Notes: generated by a model not told the origin, from the letters alone. A DNA stretch of 64,000 nucleotides from an uncultured Pelagibacteraceae bacterium (GCA_902592935.1 CACJGD010000003.1:4258-68257); one strand, 5' to 3'. Counted from the first letter of the stretch, positions 1 to 11,257 are shown. A program made the numbers and translations.

Positions 1-2
1 AA

Positions 3-896
3 TCAGTTTGTATTAATACAATTATTCTATCCCTTCTTTATCGACATACTCCTGAAAAATGTAAATTTATTTTGATTGATCCAAAAATGCTTGAACTTTC
101 AACTTATGAAGGAATCCCGCACTTATTGTGTCCAGTTATTACAGAAGCTAAAAAAGCAGCCTCGGTTCTTGGATGGGTGGTTAAAGAAATGGAGAGTAGA
201 TACAGACTAATGACAAAAGAAGGTGTGAGAAATATTGATGGATACAACACAAAACATAAACTCCCAATGCCATACATAGTTGTTGTAGTTGATGAAATGT
301 CAGATTTAATGCTGGTTGCGGGTAAAGAAATCGAAAATTACATACAAAAACTATCCCAAATGGCTAGAGCAGCTGGCATTCATATAATAATGGCTACCCA
401 AAGACCTAGTGTTGATGTGATTACTGGAACAATTAAGGCCAATTTTCCGACAAGAATTTCTTTTCAAGTTACATCAAAAATCGATAGTAGAACTATTCTA
501 GGTGAACAAGGAGCCGAACAATTATTAGGAAAAGGGGATATGCTTTACATGTCATCAGCAAACCGAATAGTAAGAATTCATGCACCGTTTGTTTCGGATA
601 ATGAAATTGAAAAAATAAATAACTTTATAAGATCACAGGCTGAACCAGATTATGTGGATGAAATACTTAATTTTGCTGATGAAAAAGAAATTGGGGATAA
701 TAAAGATTTAGGGGATAAAGATGATTTATATCAACAAGCAATTGATATAATTAGATCAGAAGGTAAGGCCTCTACATCATTTCTACAGAGAAAACTTCAA
801 ATTGGATACAATAGAGCGGCAAGAATTATTGATATGATGGAAGCTGATGGAATAGTTAGTAAAGCTAATCATGTTGGTAAAAGAGATGTACTATGA
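3..896 (+). CDS. ftsK: DNA translocase FtsK, C-terminal part (5' end lies before the window)
   Basis: Frame is open from position 3 ([13 protein letters not shown]...[11 protein letters not shown]); Walker [28 protein letters not shown], gamma domain [14 protein letters not shown]. Confidence 0.97.
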   Translation, partial: SVCINTIILSLLYRHTPEKCKFILIDPKMLELSTYEGIPHLLCPVITEAKKAASVLGWVVKEMESRYRLMTKEGVRNIDGYNTKHKLPMPYIVVVVDEMSDLMLVAGKEIENYIQKLSQMARAAGIHIIMATQRPSVDVITGTIKANFPTRISFQVTSKIDSRTILGEQGAEQLLGKGDMLYMSSANRIVRIHAPFVSDNEIEKINNFIRSQAEPDYVDEILNFADEKEIGDNKDLGDKDDLYQQAIDIIRSEGKASTSFLQRKLQIGYNRAARIIDMMEADGIVSKANHVGKRDVL

Positions 897-1444
897 TGTT
901 AAAATTTTTTTCAATAATTTTTTCATTTATATTTATATCTTGCTCTAACGCTGAAATTAAAAATAAAATTATTCAAAACTTAAAAGATACAAATAATCTT
1001 GATTTTGCATTTGAACAAAATATAAATGGAAATGTTGAAAGAGGAAATTGCACTATCGAATATCCAAAAAAAATTTTTTGTCAATATATTAAAAGTAATA
1101 ACAAAATTTTAGTATCAAATGGAAAATCTTTAGTAATTAAAACAAAAGTAAGTTACTATCGTTATCCACTTGATAAAACACCATTAAATTTAATTTTAGA
1201 TAAAGATTATTTAATAAATAAAATTTATGATCTTAGTGAAAGAATTGTTGACGATAACCTTATTAATTTTACAATTTTTGAAAAAGATAATGAAATTAAT
1301 ATTTTTTTTGATAATCAAAATTATGATTTAATTGGTTGGCAAAATATTGATATTTATCAAAATTTTAATATTACTTATATATCACCAATAAGAAAAAATA
1401 GAATACTTCCAAGAAACCTATTTAAGCTTCCACTCCAAAACTAA
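893..1444 (+). CDS. lolA: Outer-membrane lipoprotein carrier LolA family protein
   Basis: Signal peptide, FEQ...G motif, YPLDKTPL; conserved position after ftsK. Confidence 0.8.
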   Translation: MMLKFFSIIFSFIFISCSNAEIKNKIIQNLKDTNNLDFAFEQNINGNVERGNCTIEYPKKIFCQYIKSNNKILVSNGKSLVIKTKVSYYRYPLDKTPLNLILDKDYLINKIYDLSERIVDDNLINFTIFEKDNEINIFFDNQNYDLIGWQNIDIYQNFNITYISPIRKNRILPRNLFKLPLQN

Positions 1445-1944
1445 ATATTTAGAATTTCAGTTTTAAATATTTTCATTCCCCTTGATATATAGTTATTTAA
1501 AGCGTTTTTATGATCTAAAGAGCATGTATGAACCCAAACACGATTAATATTTTTTTTAAAAGATAATTTAATAGCCTCAGATAATAAATAAGATCCTAAT
1601 TTTTTATTTTGAAATTCCTCTAATATTCCAAAATAAGCAATTTCAGTTTCATTTTTATCTAAATGAAAAATCAACTCAAAAAAACCAACCAAATCATCAT
1701 TAAATTTTAAAACATATGTTTCAACATTTTTACTAGAGACATAATTAATCCATTTTTCCTCTGACCAAGATAGTCGATCCACCCATTTATGTTTTTTACC
1801 AATATTTTTGTAGAAAAATTTATTTAATTGAAAATTAATTGGATCAATTAAAATTAATGAATAATTGATTGGTGGCTTAAAACCCTCATTTAAATCCCGA
1901 AGTGAGTTTATTTGTAAATAATTTCTTTTAACTTCCTCGGTCAC
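1441..1944 (-). CDS. GNAT family N-acetyltransferase
   Basis: EIAYFGILEEFQNKKLG acetyl-CoA motif, VWVHTCSLDH..AL.NY...G. Confidence 0.85.
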   Translation of the reverse strand: MTEEVKRNYLQINSLRDLNEGFKPPINYSLILIDPINFQLNKFFYKNIGKKHKWVDRLSWSEEKWINYVSSKNVETYVLKFNDDLVGFFELIFHLDKNETEIAYFGILEEFQNKKLGSYLLSEAIKLSFKKNINRVWVHTCSLDHKNALNNYISRGMKIFKTEILNI

Positions 1945-2306
1945 TCAACCATTTTCCCTACTCGCTCACCTCCAAATAAATGAAAATGTAAATGGGGAAC
2001 CTCTTGACCACCGTGATCACTAATATTAGCTAAAGCTCTGTAACCCTTGCCTACATCTGTTGAAATTCCTAGCTTTCTTGCCACCAAATTAATACCTTTC
2101 AACAATCCCACCACCTCCTCAGGTGATGCATTCAAACTAAAATCATCAAGGTCAATATATTTACCTTTAGGTATTACTAAGGCGTGAATTTTTTTTTGTG
2201 GATTGATATCGTGAAACGATAAAACAAAATCATCCTCATAAATTTTATTACAAGGTATCTCTCCACGTAAAATTTTTGCAAAAATATTATTATCGTCGTA
2301 ATTCAT
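1941..2306 (-). CDS. HIT family (histidine triad) nucleotide-binding protein
   Basis: NIFAKILRGEIP N-terminus, GQEVPHLHFH triad. Confidence 0.95.
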   Translation of the reverse strand: MNYDDNNIFAKILRGEIPCNKIYEDDFVLSFHDINPQKKIHALVIPKGKYIDLDDFSLNASPEEVVGLLKGINLVARKLGISTDVGKGYRALANISDHGGQEVPHLHFHLFGGERVGKMVE

Positions 2307-2575
2307 TTTTTTCTTTTTTCTAATTCTGACATTACATCTTCAATTTTTATATCATTTGCTTCAAGATACATAAGTAAATGATAAAAAACATCAGCAGCCT
2401 CGTGAATTTTATTTGAATTTTCTTCTACTGATTCAATCAATTCATCAACTTCCTCTAAAACTTTTGCTTTACTTAATGCCTTATCAGCAAGTAACTGACT
2501 AGTATATGAGCCTTCAATAGGCGAAGATTTTCTATCTCTTGCAAGTTTTATTAAGTTTTCCAAAGTATTAAGCAT
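2303..2575 (-). CDS. hisE: Phosphoribosyl-ATP pyrophosphatase
   Basis: SYT..L, KV.EE, EAADVFYHLL; within his cluster. Confidence 0.93.
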   Translation of the reverse strand: MLNTLENLIKLARDRKSSPIEGSYTSQLLADKALSKAKVLEEVDELIESVEENSNKIHEAADVFYHLLMYLEANDIKIEDVMSELEKRKK

Positions 2576-2576
2576 C

Positions 2577-3332
2577 TTAAATTCTAACAGGAATTCCTTT
2601 TGAGTCCAAATATTCCTTAGCCTCTTTTACTGAGTATTTGCCGTAGTGAAATATTGATGCAGCTAGAACTGCACTAGCATTGCCCAGTTTAATTCCGTCA
2701 ACTAAATGATCTAAAGTACCAACACCACCAGATGCGATTACTGGAATATTTACTTTTGATGATATTTTCGACATAAGTTCAATATCATAACCTACTTGAG
2801 TACCATCTCTATCCATAGAAGTAACTAAAAGCTCACCTGCCCCACAATCTTCCATTTTTTTTGCAAATTCTATCGCATCAATTCCAGTATTATTTCTTCC
2901 GCCATGAGTAAATATTTCCCATTTATCTCCATTTTTTTTTGCATCTATTGCAACAACAATGCATTGTGAACCAAATTTTTTAGAACTTTCAATTACTACT
3001 TCAGAGTTTTGAACAGCTGCAGTATTGATTGATACTTTATCTGCCCCATAATTTAATAGTTTATTAATATCTTCAACACTTCTAACACCTCCTCCAACTG
3101 TCAAAGGTACAAAACATTTCTTTGAGGTTTTCTCTACTACATCATAAATAGTATCTCTATTTTCATTTGATGCAGTAATATCTAAAAAGCAAATTTCATC
3201 TGCTCCACCTTCTGAATAAATTTTAGCTTGCTCAACAGGATCACCCGCATCTTTTAGATCAACAAAATTAATCCCTTTTACTACACGGCCATTTTTCACA
3301 TCTAAACAAGGTATTATTCTATTTTTAAGCAT
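2577..3332 (-). CDS. hisF: Imidazole glycerol phosphate synthase, cyclase subunit
   Basis: [36 protein letters not shown]. Confidence 0.98.
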   Translation of the reverse strand: MLKNRIIPCLDVKNGRVVKGINFVDLKDAGDPVEQAKIYSEGGADEICFLDITASNENRDTIYDVVEKTSKKCFVPLTVGGGVRSVEDINKLLNYGADKVSINTAAVQNSEVVIESSKKFGSQCIVVAIDAKKNGDKWEIFTHGGRNNTGIDAIEFAKKMEDCGAGELLVTSMDRDGTQVGYDIELMSKISSKVNIPVIASGGVGTLDHLVDGIKLGNASAVLAASIFHYGKYSVKEAKEYLDSKGIPVRI

Positions 3333-4050
3333 CTAATTCCTTCACTAATTCGTCTAATTTAATATCACCATCATAGATAGCTTTTCCAACTATTATACCT
3401 TCGATATTGCTATTATTTAATTCCTTAGCTTTTTTAATATCATCAATTGATGAAACTCCACCCGATATAATTACTGGACAATTGGATTTATTAGCAACAT
3501 TTGCTGTCTCTTCAAAATTGGGCTTTTGCTTCATTCCATCTCTATTGATATCAGTATAAATTAATCTACTTGCGCCATAATCATTAACTTCATTTAAATA
3601 ATCTAAAGTTAATTGATTTGAATTTTCTTTCCAGCCTGAGACTGTCAAATATCCATCTTTAGCATCTAACCCTAAGGCAATTTTATTTGGAAATTTTTCA
3701 CAAGCTTCTTTTAAAAAATTTTTATCTTTTATGGCGGCGCTTCCTAAAATAACTTTTTCAACACCAGCATCAGTATAATTCTGAATACTTTCAAAATTTC
3801 TAATACCCCCACCAACTTCAATTTTAAGATCAAATTTTTTTACTATTTCCTCAATAATATCTAAATTAACCGTTTGACCAGTTAAAGCTCCATCTAAATC
3901 AACTATATGTAAATTTTTGAAGCCATGATATTTATATTTACCTGCTTGCTCAACAGGAGACATTTCATATTCAGTTTTGTTATCAAAGTCTCCTTTGACT
4001 AACCTCACACATTTTTTATCTTTAATATCTATTGCAGGAAATATTTTCAT
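3325..4050 (-). CDS. hisA: ProFAR isomerase
   Basis: [33 protein letters not shown]. Confidence 0.97.
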   Translation of the reverse strand: MKIFPAIDIKDKKCVRLVKGDFDNKTEYEMSPVEQAGKYKYHGFKNLHIVDLDGALTGQTVNLDIIEEIVKKFDLKIEVGGGIRNFESIQNYTDAGVEKVILGSAAIKDKNFLKEACEKFPNKIALGLDAKDGYLTVSGWKENSNQLTLDYLNEVNDYGASRLIYTDINRDGMKQKPNFEETANVANKSNCPVIISGGVSSIDDIKKAKELNNSNIEGIIVGKAIYDGDIKLDELVKELDA

Positions 4051-4677
4051 TTATAAATTTATAAAATTATTAATAATTTTAAGTCCAGTTTTATCACTTT
4101 TCTCAGGGTGAAACTGGGTTCCAAAAATATTTTCCTTTTCAACAGAGCAAACAATATTTGATGAATAATCTGTTATTGCAGAAATCACATTTTTGTCCTC
4201 TGGAATAAATTCATAACTGTGTACAAAATACATGTGAGATTTATTTTCAATATCTTTAAAAATTTTACTATCTTTCATTATACTAATTTGATTCCAACCA
4301 ATATGAGGAAGTTTATATTTTCCATTTTGATTATCTATTTTTGATACTTTGCCTGATATCCAACCAAGTCCTTTGGTTTCAGTTTCTTCATAGCCAATAT
4401 CCGCAAACATTTGAAGACCAACGCAAATTCCAATAAGTGGTTTTTTATTGTTAATGGCGAACTCGTTTAAAGTGTCGACTAGACCATAGATGTTATTAAG
4501 TGCATCAATACAACTTTTAAACGAACCTTGCCCTGGTAAAACAACTTTATCTGAAGATTTAATCTTATTTAAATCTGAAGTTACTTCGATATTTACTTTA
4601 TCTTTAGCAACCTCTTTAAAAGAGTTTATTACCGAGCTTATATTGCCCGAATTATAATCAACAATTGTGACGTTCAT
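4051..4677 (-). CDS. hisH: Imidazole glycerol phosphate synthase, glutaminase subunit
   Basis: DY.SGN, LPGQG, GICVGLQ, YFVHSY, QFHPEKS. Confidence 0.97.
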   Translation of the reverse strand: MNVTIVDYNSGNISSVINSFKEVAKDKVNIEVTSDLNKIKSSDKVVLPGQGSFKSCIDALNNIYGLVDTLNEFAINNKKPLIGICVGLQMFADIGYEETETKGLGWISGKVSKIDNQNGKYKLPHIGWNQISIMKDSKIFKDIENKSHMYFVHSYEFIPEDKNVISAITDYSSNIVCSVEKENIFGTQFHPEKSDKTGLKIINNFINL

Positions 4678-4682
4678 TAAAC

Positions 4683-5273
4683 TTATAATGAGCCTTTAGT
4701 GGATGGAATACTTTTTTTGTTTCTTGGATCCATCTCTAAAGCATCTCTTAATGATCTTGCTAGACCTTTATAACAAGACTCAATTATGTGGTGACTATTG
4801 TCACCATAAATATTTTCTACGTGCATAGTAATACCCGCAGATTGAGAGAAAGCTTGAAACCATTCTTTAAAAAGTTCTGTGTCCATCTCACCAAGTTTTT
4901 CAACTTTTAATTTTACTTTCCAAATTAAATAAGGTCTATTTGAAACATCAATTGCTACTCTCGTTAATGTTTCATCCATTGGGATAACTCTATGAGCATA
5001 TCTTTTTATACCTACAAATTTTTTAGCAGCTTTTTTTAAAGCTTCTCCAATTGCAATACCTGTATCTTCAGTAGTATGGTGGAGATCTATGTGTGTATCT
5101 CCTTTTGCTTTTACTTTTAAATCAATCAAAGAATGCTTTGATAATTGCTCAAGCATATGATCTAGGAAACCTATGCCAGTGTCAATTTGGTAATTACCTT
5201 TACCATCAATATTAACTTCAACATTAATGCTCGTTTCTTTTGTTTTTCTAGATACTTTTCCTTTTCTAGCCAT
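4683..5273 (-). CDS. hisB: Imidazoleglycerol-phosphate dehydratase
   Basis: [33 protein letters not shown]. Confidence 0.98.
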   Translation of the reverse strand: MARKGKVSRKTKETSINVEVNIDGKGNYQIDTGIGFLDHMLEQLSKHSLIDLKVKAKGDTHIDLHHTTEDTGIAIGEALKKAAKKFVGIKRYAHRVIPMDETLTRVAIDVSNRPYLIWKVKLKVEKLGEMDTELFKEWFQAFSQSAGITMHVENIYGDNSHHIIESCYKGLARSLRDALEMDPRNKKSIPSTKGSL

Positions 5274-5327
5274 ATATTTTCAATGGTATACATACATAAT
5301 CACACTATATCAATATCAGTCTAACCA

Positions 5328-5356
5328 CTTGAAGTATCAAAAATAGTTACCATTTA
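5328..5356 (+). promoter_or_regulatory. Putative sigma-32 (RpoH) promoter of hslVU
   Basis: CTTGAA-N16-CCATTTA just upstream of the hslV ATG; resembles the alphaproteobacterial RpoH consensus CTTGAA...CCTATAT. Confidence 0.6.
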
Positions 5357-5362
5357 TTAAAT

Positions 5363-5878
5363 ATGACAACAATTGTACTAGTTAGAAAAAATAATGAAGT
5401 AGTAGTTGCTGGTGATGGCCAAGTAAGTATGGGGAATACTGTTGTCAAAAGTACGGCTTCAAAAGTCAGAAAAATTGAAAAAAGAGATGTGGTAGCAGGA
5501 TTTGCAGGGTCAACTGCTGATGCTTTAACTTTATTTGAAAGATTAGAAGGAAAATTAGAAAAACACGCAGGCAACTTATCAAGAGCTGCTGTAGAATTAG
5601 CAAAAGACTGGCGAACAGATAAATATCTAAGAAGATTAGAAGCATTGATGGCAGTTGGAGATAAAAGTAATAGTTACATTATTTCTGGAACAGGTGATGT
5701 TCTTGAACCTGAAGGGGATGTAATTGGAATAGGTTCAGGTGGAAATTATGCTTTGGCCGCTGGAAAAGTGTTAATGGAGGGCGACATGTCAGCCGAGGAA
5801 GTTGCAAAAAAAGCGATCAAAGTTGCTGCTGACATATGTGTTTTCACAAACGATAATGTTAAAATTGAGAAAATTTAA
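5363..5878 (+). CDS. hslV: ATP-dependent protease subunit HslV
   Basis: N-terminal MTTI (catalytic Thr), [21 protein letters not shown]. Confidence 0.98.
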   Translation: MTTIVLVRKNNEVVVAGDGQVSMGNTVVKSTASKVRKIEKRDVVAGFAGSTADALTLFERLEGKLEKHAGNLSRAAVELAKDWRTDKYLRRLEALMAVGDKSNSYIISGTGDVLEPEGDVIGIGSGGNYALAAGKVLMEGDMSAEEVAKKAIKVAADICVFTNDNVKIEKI

Positions 5879-7251
5879 TGGATAATTCAAACGTAACACA
5901 ACTACACCCAAAAGATAAAAGTCAAAAGGAAGAGGCTTCTTTAGTTAGTTCTCTTTCTCCTAGAGAAATAGTTTCTGAATTAGACAGATTTGTTGTTGGA
6001 CAAAATAAGGCTAAAAGAGCTGTTGCTGTAGCTTTAAGAAATAGATGGAGAAGACAAGCTCTTAAAGGTGAAATGAAAAATGAAGTTTTGCCAAAAAATA
6101 TTTTAATGATTGGACCAACTGGAGTGGGTAAAACTGAAATTTCAAGAAGACTATCAAAACTTGCAGAAGCTCCATTTGTGAAAGTGGAAGCTACAAGATT
6201 TACTGAAGTTGGATACGTTGGTAGGGATGTAGAACAAATTGTAAGAGATTTAATTGAAATAGCTATTGCTATGGAAAAAGTAAAAAAAAGAAAAGAAGTT
6301 TTCGCTCAAGCTCAAAAAGCTGCAGAAGAAAAAGTTCTAGATGCTTTAGTTGGAAAAAAAGCAAGTCTTGCAACCAGAGAAAGTTTTAGAAAAAGACTTA
6401 GAAATGGTGATCTTGATGACAATGAAATTGAGATAGCTGTTAGTGATAGTGGTTCCAATGGTGCTTCATTTGAAATTCCTGGAATGCCTGGTGCTAATGT
6501 TGGAATGATTAACATTGGTGAAATGATTGGTAAATCAATGGGAAATAAAGAAAAAAAGAAAAAAATGACAGTAAAAGAGTCTCATGAAATTTTAATTAAT
6601 GATGAGTCTGATAAACTAATAGAACAAGATAAAATTATTAAAGCAGCAAAACTTTCAACTGAGAACAATGGGATAGTTTTTCTAGATGAGATTGATAAAA
6701 TTTCTGCAAGAACAGACAGGGTTGGTGGTGATGTTTCTAGAGAAGGTGTACAGAGGGACTTGTTACCTTTAATCGAAGGAACAACTGTAAATACAAAGCA
6801 TGGTCCAATAAAAACAGATCATATTTTATTCATAGCATCTGGTGCATTTCAACTTGCTAAGCCTTCTGATTTACTTCCTGAATTACAGGGAAGATTACCA
6901 ATTAGAGTTGAACTAGAAGCACTAACCAGTAAAGATTTTAAAAGAATTTTAAGAGAACCAGATTTTAGTTTAATAAAACAGTACGTGGCTCTTTTGAAAA
7001 CAGAAAATGTTGATCTAGAGTTTTCTGATGATGGAATTGATGCTATTGCTAATATTGCCTCTGAAGTAAATGCTACTGTTGAAAATATTGGTGCGAGAAG
7101 ATTACATACCATTATTGAAAAAATATTAGACGAAATAAGTTTTACCGCAACAGACCGCTCTGGTGAAAAGATTGTAATTAACAAAGAGTATATTAATAAA
7201 AATCTTGATAATTTGGTAAAAGATACCGATCTATCAAAATTTATTTTGTAA
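5878..7251 (+). CDS. hslU: ATP-dependent protease ATPase subunit HslU
   Basis: [42 protein letters not shown] end. Confidence 0.98.
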   Translation: MDNSNVTQLHPKDKSQKEEASLVSSLSPREIVSELDRFVVGQNKAKRAVAVALRNRWRRQALKGEMKNEVLPKNILMIGPTGVGKTEISRRLSKLAEAPFVKVEATRFTEVGYVGRDVEQIVRDLIEIAIAMEKVKKRKEVFAQAQKAAEEKVLDALVGKKASLATRESFRKRLRNGDLDDNEIEIAVSDSGSNGASFEIPGMPGANVGMINIGEMIGKSMGNKEKKKKMTVKESHEILINDESDKLIEQDKIIKAAKLSTENNGIVFLDEIDKISARTDRVGGDVSREGVQRDLLPLIEGTTVNTKHGPIKTDHILFIASGAFQLAKPSDLLPELQGRLPIRVELEALTSKDFKRILREPDFSLIKQYVALLKTENVDLEFSDDGIDAIANIASEVNATVENIGARRLHTIIEKILDEISFTATDRSGEKIVINKEYINKNLDNLVKDTDLSKFIL

Positions 7252-7253
7252 AA

Positions 7254-8114
7254 TTATATATAACTAAGTTCTTCTAGTTCAGTTTTAAGTTCTAGCTCAA
7301 TTTTATTTTTTAATTTATTTGGAAGTAAGTTTGGATCATTATTTTTTAAACCGTATTTAAAGAAAGTAATCTTTTTACCATCTATGCCTTTTATTGCCTC
7401 TGGAAATCCTATTTCTTTCTCTATTTTTTGCATTTCACTAAAAGTCGTTGTTCTTAAGGTATTTATTAATTTTCTTTGATCAATCTGAAAATCAGATTTT
7501 CCCAGCTTATAAATAAAACTGAGAATCTCTACAAAAGTTTTTTCAGTGTTATTAACTAAATCCTCATACTTTACTAATAAATAGCGTTTTATTTTTTTAA
7601 ATTCTTTCCAAGTATTATAATTTGAAGACCAAGATCCAACATGTGTAATAATTTTATCCTCAACAATTTTAGAATGTTTTTTTTCGCCTGTTAATGTACC
7701 AATCTCTAGTAATTGATTTGTAGCCAATTCTAAACTCATCTGATTATGATTTGCATAAGACTTCACAACACTTCTGGGATCTCTAACTATATAAATCACT
7801 CCCAATGTATTATTTAAATCCGTAAACTTATGACCATTAATATCATAAAAACTGGAGTGAGTTTTTAAGAATCTAATTTTTTTTTCATTATTTGAATTAA
7901 GTTTTTGCTGAACTTTAATATAATTTTTTACTAATTCTAAATCATTCGAAGTGTCAATACCAAATTTCTTAAATACGTTTTTATCTGGAAACTGAGATAT
8001 GTTATTTAAAGAATTCAATTCAAAATTTCCATCTTTTGTAAAAAGGTAAGCTGAAAGCAATGATCTTAAAAATGTATTTCCACTTTTAGGGTATGATGCT
8101 AACCAGATTATCAT
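7254..8114 (-). CDS. Sulfotransferase domain protein
   Basis: 5'-PSB loop WLASYPKSGNT, KTH, 3'-PB motif YIVRDPR.V..S, KYEDL. Confidence 0.88.
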   Translation of the reverse strand: MIIWLASYPKSGNTFLRSLLSAYLFTKDGNFELNSLNNISQFPDKNVFKKFGIDTSNDLELVKNYIKVQQKLNSNNEKKIRFLKTHSSFYDINGHKFTDLNNTLGVIYIVRDPRSVVKSYANHNQMSLELATNQLLEIGTLTGEKKHSKIVEDKIITHVGSWSSNYNTWKEFKKIKRYLLVKYEDLVNNTEKTFVEILSFIYKLGKSDFQIDQRKLINTLRTTTFSEMQKIEKEIGFPEAIKGIDGKKITFFKYGLKNNDPNLLPNKLKNKIELELKTELEELSYI

Positions 8115-8119
8115 AAAAT

Positions 8120-8542
8120 TTATTTACCATAATTCTTTTTTAAAAAAATATAAAAAGCACCTGTTCCACCATCTTCTATTTTCGCGTCTTGGATATTGTC
8201 GATCATATTCATAAGATTTTGATTATTACAAATAAATTCAGGGACAGAATATTTTAAAATACTTAAATCTTTAGAAACATAAGGATCTTTATTATTATTT
8301 GAATGTAAGCCTTTGCCTGTTACGACTATTAGCTTTTTTATCTTCTCTGAAAAAGCTTTAACTATAAATTTTTCTATAGCCTTATTTGCTTGATCAAGTG
8401 TATACCCATGGAGATCAATAGATCTGCTTAAAAATCTTTGTTTTGATTTGTTTTTAATTAGGTCTTTATTTGGTAGCTTTTCTTTACTAGAAATAAAAGT
8501 TTCCCAAGCTGTTTTGTCTTTATCTGAAATTTTATCGTTCAA
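8120..8542 (-). CDS. Smr/MutS2 C-terminal domain endonuclease
   Basis: IDLHG.T..QA, IVVTGKGLHS, GG.GAFYIFL. Confidence 0.92.
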   Translation of the reverse strand: MNDKISDKDKTAWETFISSKEKLPNKDLIKNKSKQRFLSRSIDLHGYTLDQANKAIEKFIVKAFSEKIKKLIVVTGKGLHSNNNKDPYVSKDLSILKYSVPEFICNNQNLMNMIDNIQDAKIEDGGTGAFYIFLKKNYGK

Positions 8543-9139
8543 TTAAGTTAATATATTAACAAGCTGCCAATTTGGATTGGAAGAAGTTGTGTCTCTTGAA
8601 AAAACCCATGTATCATAAATTTTCTTTATTTTTTCTGGGTCGCCAGAGATAATTTTTTTATCTTTATCTCTAATACAAGTAATAACCTCAGCAATAAAAT
8701 CTACTGTAACATTTAATATTTTTCCAATTTTTTTGTGTTCTTTTATTGAAGCTGAGTTCACACCAATAAATGTTATTTCAGCAAAATGTCCTTTTGAACT
8801 TCTTTCTTTAAGGGCTTGATTAAATTGATTGTAAATTTCATTATTTAGAAGTGGTCTGCTATTAGTTATTTTATTATCATTATCACTAAAGTCAGTAATG
8901 ACTGTTTCGTATGCAATTTTAGCGCCTTTAAGGAATTCTTTCTGTGCTGCGTCATCAAAATTTTCATTAATTTTTTTCGTTTGTTCTTGATTTACAGTTT
9001 TTAAAACCTCTTTTAATTGAGAGGAGGTTTTTCCCTCGAATCCAGTTCTCTTACCAAGTATTCCTCTTAATCTGAGAAAAATAAACCCAGCTATCATCGC
9101 TAATAAAATAATATCTATATACTCGAAACTATAACTCAT
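8543..9139 (-). CDS. Tim44/TimA family membrane protein
   Basis: N-terminal TM then LRGILGKRTG, FLKGAK.AYE, DTWVFSR...PNWQL; start set at ATG 9139 (MSYSFEY). Confidence 0.88.
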   Translation of the reverse strand: MSYSFEYIDIILLAMIAGFIFLRLRGILGKRTGFEGKTSSQLKEVLKTVNQEQTKKINENFDDAAQKEFLKGAKIAYETVITDFSDNDNKITNSRPLLNNEIYNQFNQALKERSSKGHFAEITFIGVNSASIKEHKKIGKILNVTVDFIAEVITCIRDKDKKIISGDPEKIKKIYDTWVFSRDTTSSNPNWQLVNILT

Positions 9140-9197
9140 AATGTAATAGTAATTACTATGTTGATTAATTTCAACCAGCAATTTAGATTAAGGACAA

Positions 9198-9623
9198 ATG
9201 AACTCAATATTATTAATAATAATTTTAATACCAGCGATAGAAATATATCTATTGATCAAAATCGGATCTCAAATAGGGGCAATTTCAACTATTCTTTTAA
9301 TTTTTACTACAGCTATTGTTGGAATATATTACGCAAAATATGAGGGTTTAAATACTCTTAAATCAGGTTTTTTACAGCTTAGCAAAAATGAAACTCCTGC
9401 GTATGAAGTTATTTCAGGCGCAGCTATAGCTTTTGCGGCCCTTCTATTAATTATTCCTGGATTTTTAACTGATGTTTTAGGTTTTTTATTAATATTTCCT
9501 ATTAGCAGAAAATTTATATTTAGTTTCTTTAAAAAAAAAATTAATTATAAAAAAAAACAAAATAATGATTTTATTGATGGGGATTACGAAGATATAGAAG
9601 AAGACGATGACAGAAAAATTTAA
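9198..9623 (+). CDS. fxsA: FxsA family membrane protein
   Basis: P.IEIYLLI.IG, LLIIPGFLTD, acidic tail IDGDYEDIE. Confidence 0.92.
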   Translation: MNSILLIIILIPAIEIYLLIKIGSQIGAISTILLIFTTAIVGIYYAKYEGLNTLKSGFLQLSKNETPAYEVISGAAIAFAALLLIIPGFLTDVLGFLLIFPISRKFIFSFFKKKINYKKKQNNDFIDGDYEDIEEDDDRKI

Positions 9624-10029
9624 AATTTTAGGTAAGTTCATAAAAGATATGTCAAGCGAAACTAAAGATGCTGAAACATATCTATTTGTCAAAGATAATA
9701 TTTCAAAATATCAATTAGATATCAATATTAACTCAAAAGCTTTAAAAAATAAAATGGTGGAAGTTAATACAATAATGAAATTTCAAGATAAGAAAGAAAA
9801 CAAAAATAAATCTTTTTTTGAATTAACCTACGCCACAATAATTCAAGTTGATGAAAGCGTTAAAGATAAAAAAGAATTAGAAAAAATTATTGTTTGTGAT
9901 ACTCAGAAAAAAATTTATCCAGAACTAGAAAAATCTTTCATAGATTTATTACATAACTCCGGATATCCAAATATAAAATTTGAAAAAAAAATAGATTTTG
10001 AAAAACTTTATAATCAAAGATTTAATTAA
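9607..10029 (+). CDS. secB: Protein-export chaperone SecB (divergent)
   Basis: FIKDMS, IDFEKLY C-terminus; conserved fxsA-secB order. Confidence 0.75.
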   Translation: MTEKFKILGKFIKDMSSETKDAETYLFVKDNISKYQLDININSKALKNKMVEVNTIMKFQDKKENKNKSFFELTYATIIQVDESVKDKKELEKIIVCDTQKKIYPELEKSFIDLLHNSGYPNIKFEKKIDFEKLYNQRFN

Positions 10030-10687
10030 AATTATTTTTTTTCAAATTATTTTTTAAATATTCTTTGTGGTTAGTTATTTCCTCTTTAGTAGGAAAAATA
10101 ACTTTTTTAAAATATGAGTTATCTGAATTATTTAATTCCAGATTTTCTTTATTAGTATTTGATAAATCAAATGTGGGTTCTTTTTGATCAATTAAATTGA
10201 TGTATACTTTTGAAAGTAAATCGCAATCAATCAAAGCAGTATGTTGAACTCTTCTTGAATTATCTATTCTGTACCTCTTACAAAGTGCATCAAGACTAAC
10301 TTGGGATCCAGGATATTTGTCCCTTGCTAAAGTCAGTGTATCCACAATTTCATTTTCAATTTCTTTTTTACCCAATAATTTAAACTCATTATTTAAATGT
10401 GAAAGATCAAATTCTGCATTATGAATTATTAATCTTTTATTTTGTATAAAATTTAGAAATTCCTCGCTAATTTCGCTAAATTTTTTTTGCTTTGATAAAA
10501 ATTCATCTGAATATCCATGAATTTCAAATGCTTTTTCTGAAACCTTTCTCTCCGGGTTTAAATAGGAATGGAATTTCTTTTTTGTTGGAATTAAATTATC
10601 TAATTCTATACATCCTATCTCAACAATTCTATGTCCTTCTTTTACAGATATTCCAGTTGTCTCGGTGTCTAACACTATTTCTTTCAT
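10022..10687 (-). CDS. dnaQ: DNA polymerase III epsilon subunit
   Basis: VLDTETTG, HNAEFD, SLDALC, H.ALID exonuclease motifs. Confidence 0.97.
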   Translation of the reverse strand: MKEIVLDTETTGISVKEGHRIVEIGCIELDNLIPTKKKFHSYLNPERKVSEKAFEIHGYSDEFLSKQKKFSEISEEFLNFIQNKRLIIHNAEFDLSHLNNEFKLLGKKEIENEIVDTLTLARDKYPGSQVSLDALCKRYRIDNSRRVQHTALIDCDLLSKVYINLIDQKEPTFDLSNTNKENLELNNSDNSYFKKVIFPTKEEITNHKEYLKNNLKKNNFN

Positions 10688-11257
10688 TTACAAAATTTTA
10701 TATAAAATATTTCTTATTTCTCTTTTAACATTTTTTTCTCTAAAATTATTTTTAATAACATAATTTGATTTTTTTTTTTTATAAGCATATGAAAACTGAA
10801 TTTTTTTAAATTTATTATATATTTTTAAATTAAAATTTACTCTTTTTTTAAGTTTTTTTTCAACAATAGATTTTTTAGAGTCAACAAAAACCAAAATATC
10901 ATTTTTTTTATTAATTTTATTTTCTAATAAAAGAGGGATATCTAAAATTACTATTTTTTTATGTTTATTTTTCTTTAAAAAAAAATTCAATTTTTTTCTG
11001 ATTTCTTTATGAACAATTTTAATTATTTTTTTTAGATTGTTTTTGTTGCTTAATACTGCCTCTATTATTTCATTTTTTTTTATTGGAAAAGATTTTAAAT
11101 ACTTTGGCAATTCATTGTTTAATTTCTTAAACATAGTTTTATTATTTTTATAAAGTTTAGATACTTCATAATCTGCATCAAATACCGGATATCCAAAATT
11201 TTTTGCTACATAACTTTTTCCAGAACCAATATTTCCTAAAATTCCAATTCTAATCAT
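10688..11257 (-). CDS. coaE: Dephospho-CoA kinase
   Basis: GNIGSGKS P-loop, DAD, DIPLLLE; aroE-coaE-dnaQ order. Confidence 0.9.
   Translation of the reverse strand: MIRIGILGNIGSGKSYVAKNFGYPVFDADYEVSKLYKNNKTMFKKLNNELPKYLKSFPIKKNEIIEAVLSNKNNLKKIIKIVHKEIRKKLNFFLKKNKHKKIVILDIPLLLENKINKKNDILVFVDSKKSIVEKKLKKRVNFNLKIYNKFKKIQFSYAYKKKKSNYVIKNNFREKNVKREIRNILYKIL

Noticed and set aside
9160-9175. GTTGATTAATTTCAAC inverted repeat resembling an FNR box between tim44 and fxsA
   Set aside because: One mismatch to TTGAT-N4-ATCAA in very AT-rich DNA; equally explained by back-to-back -35 elements of divergent promoters
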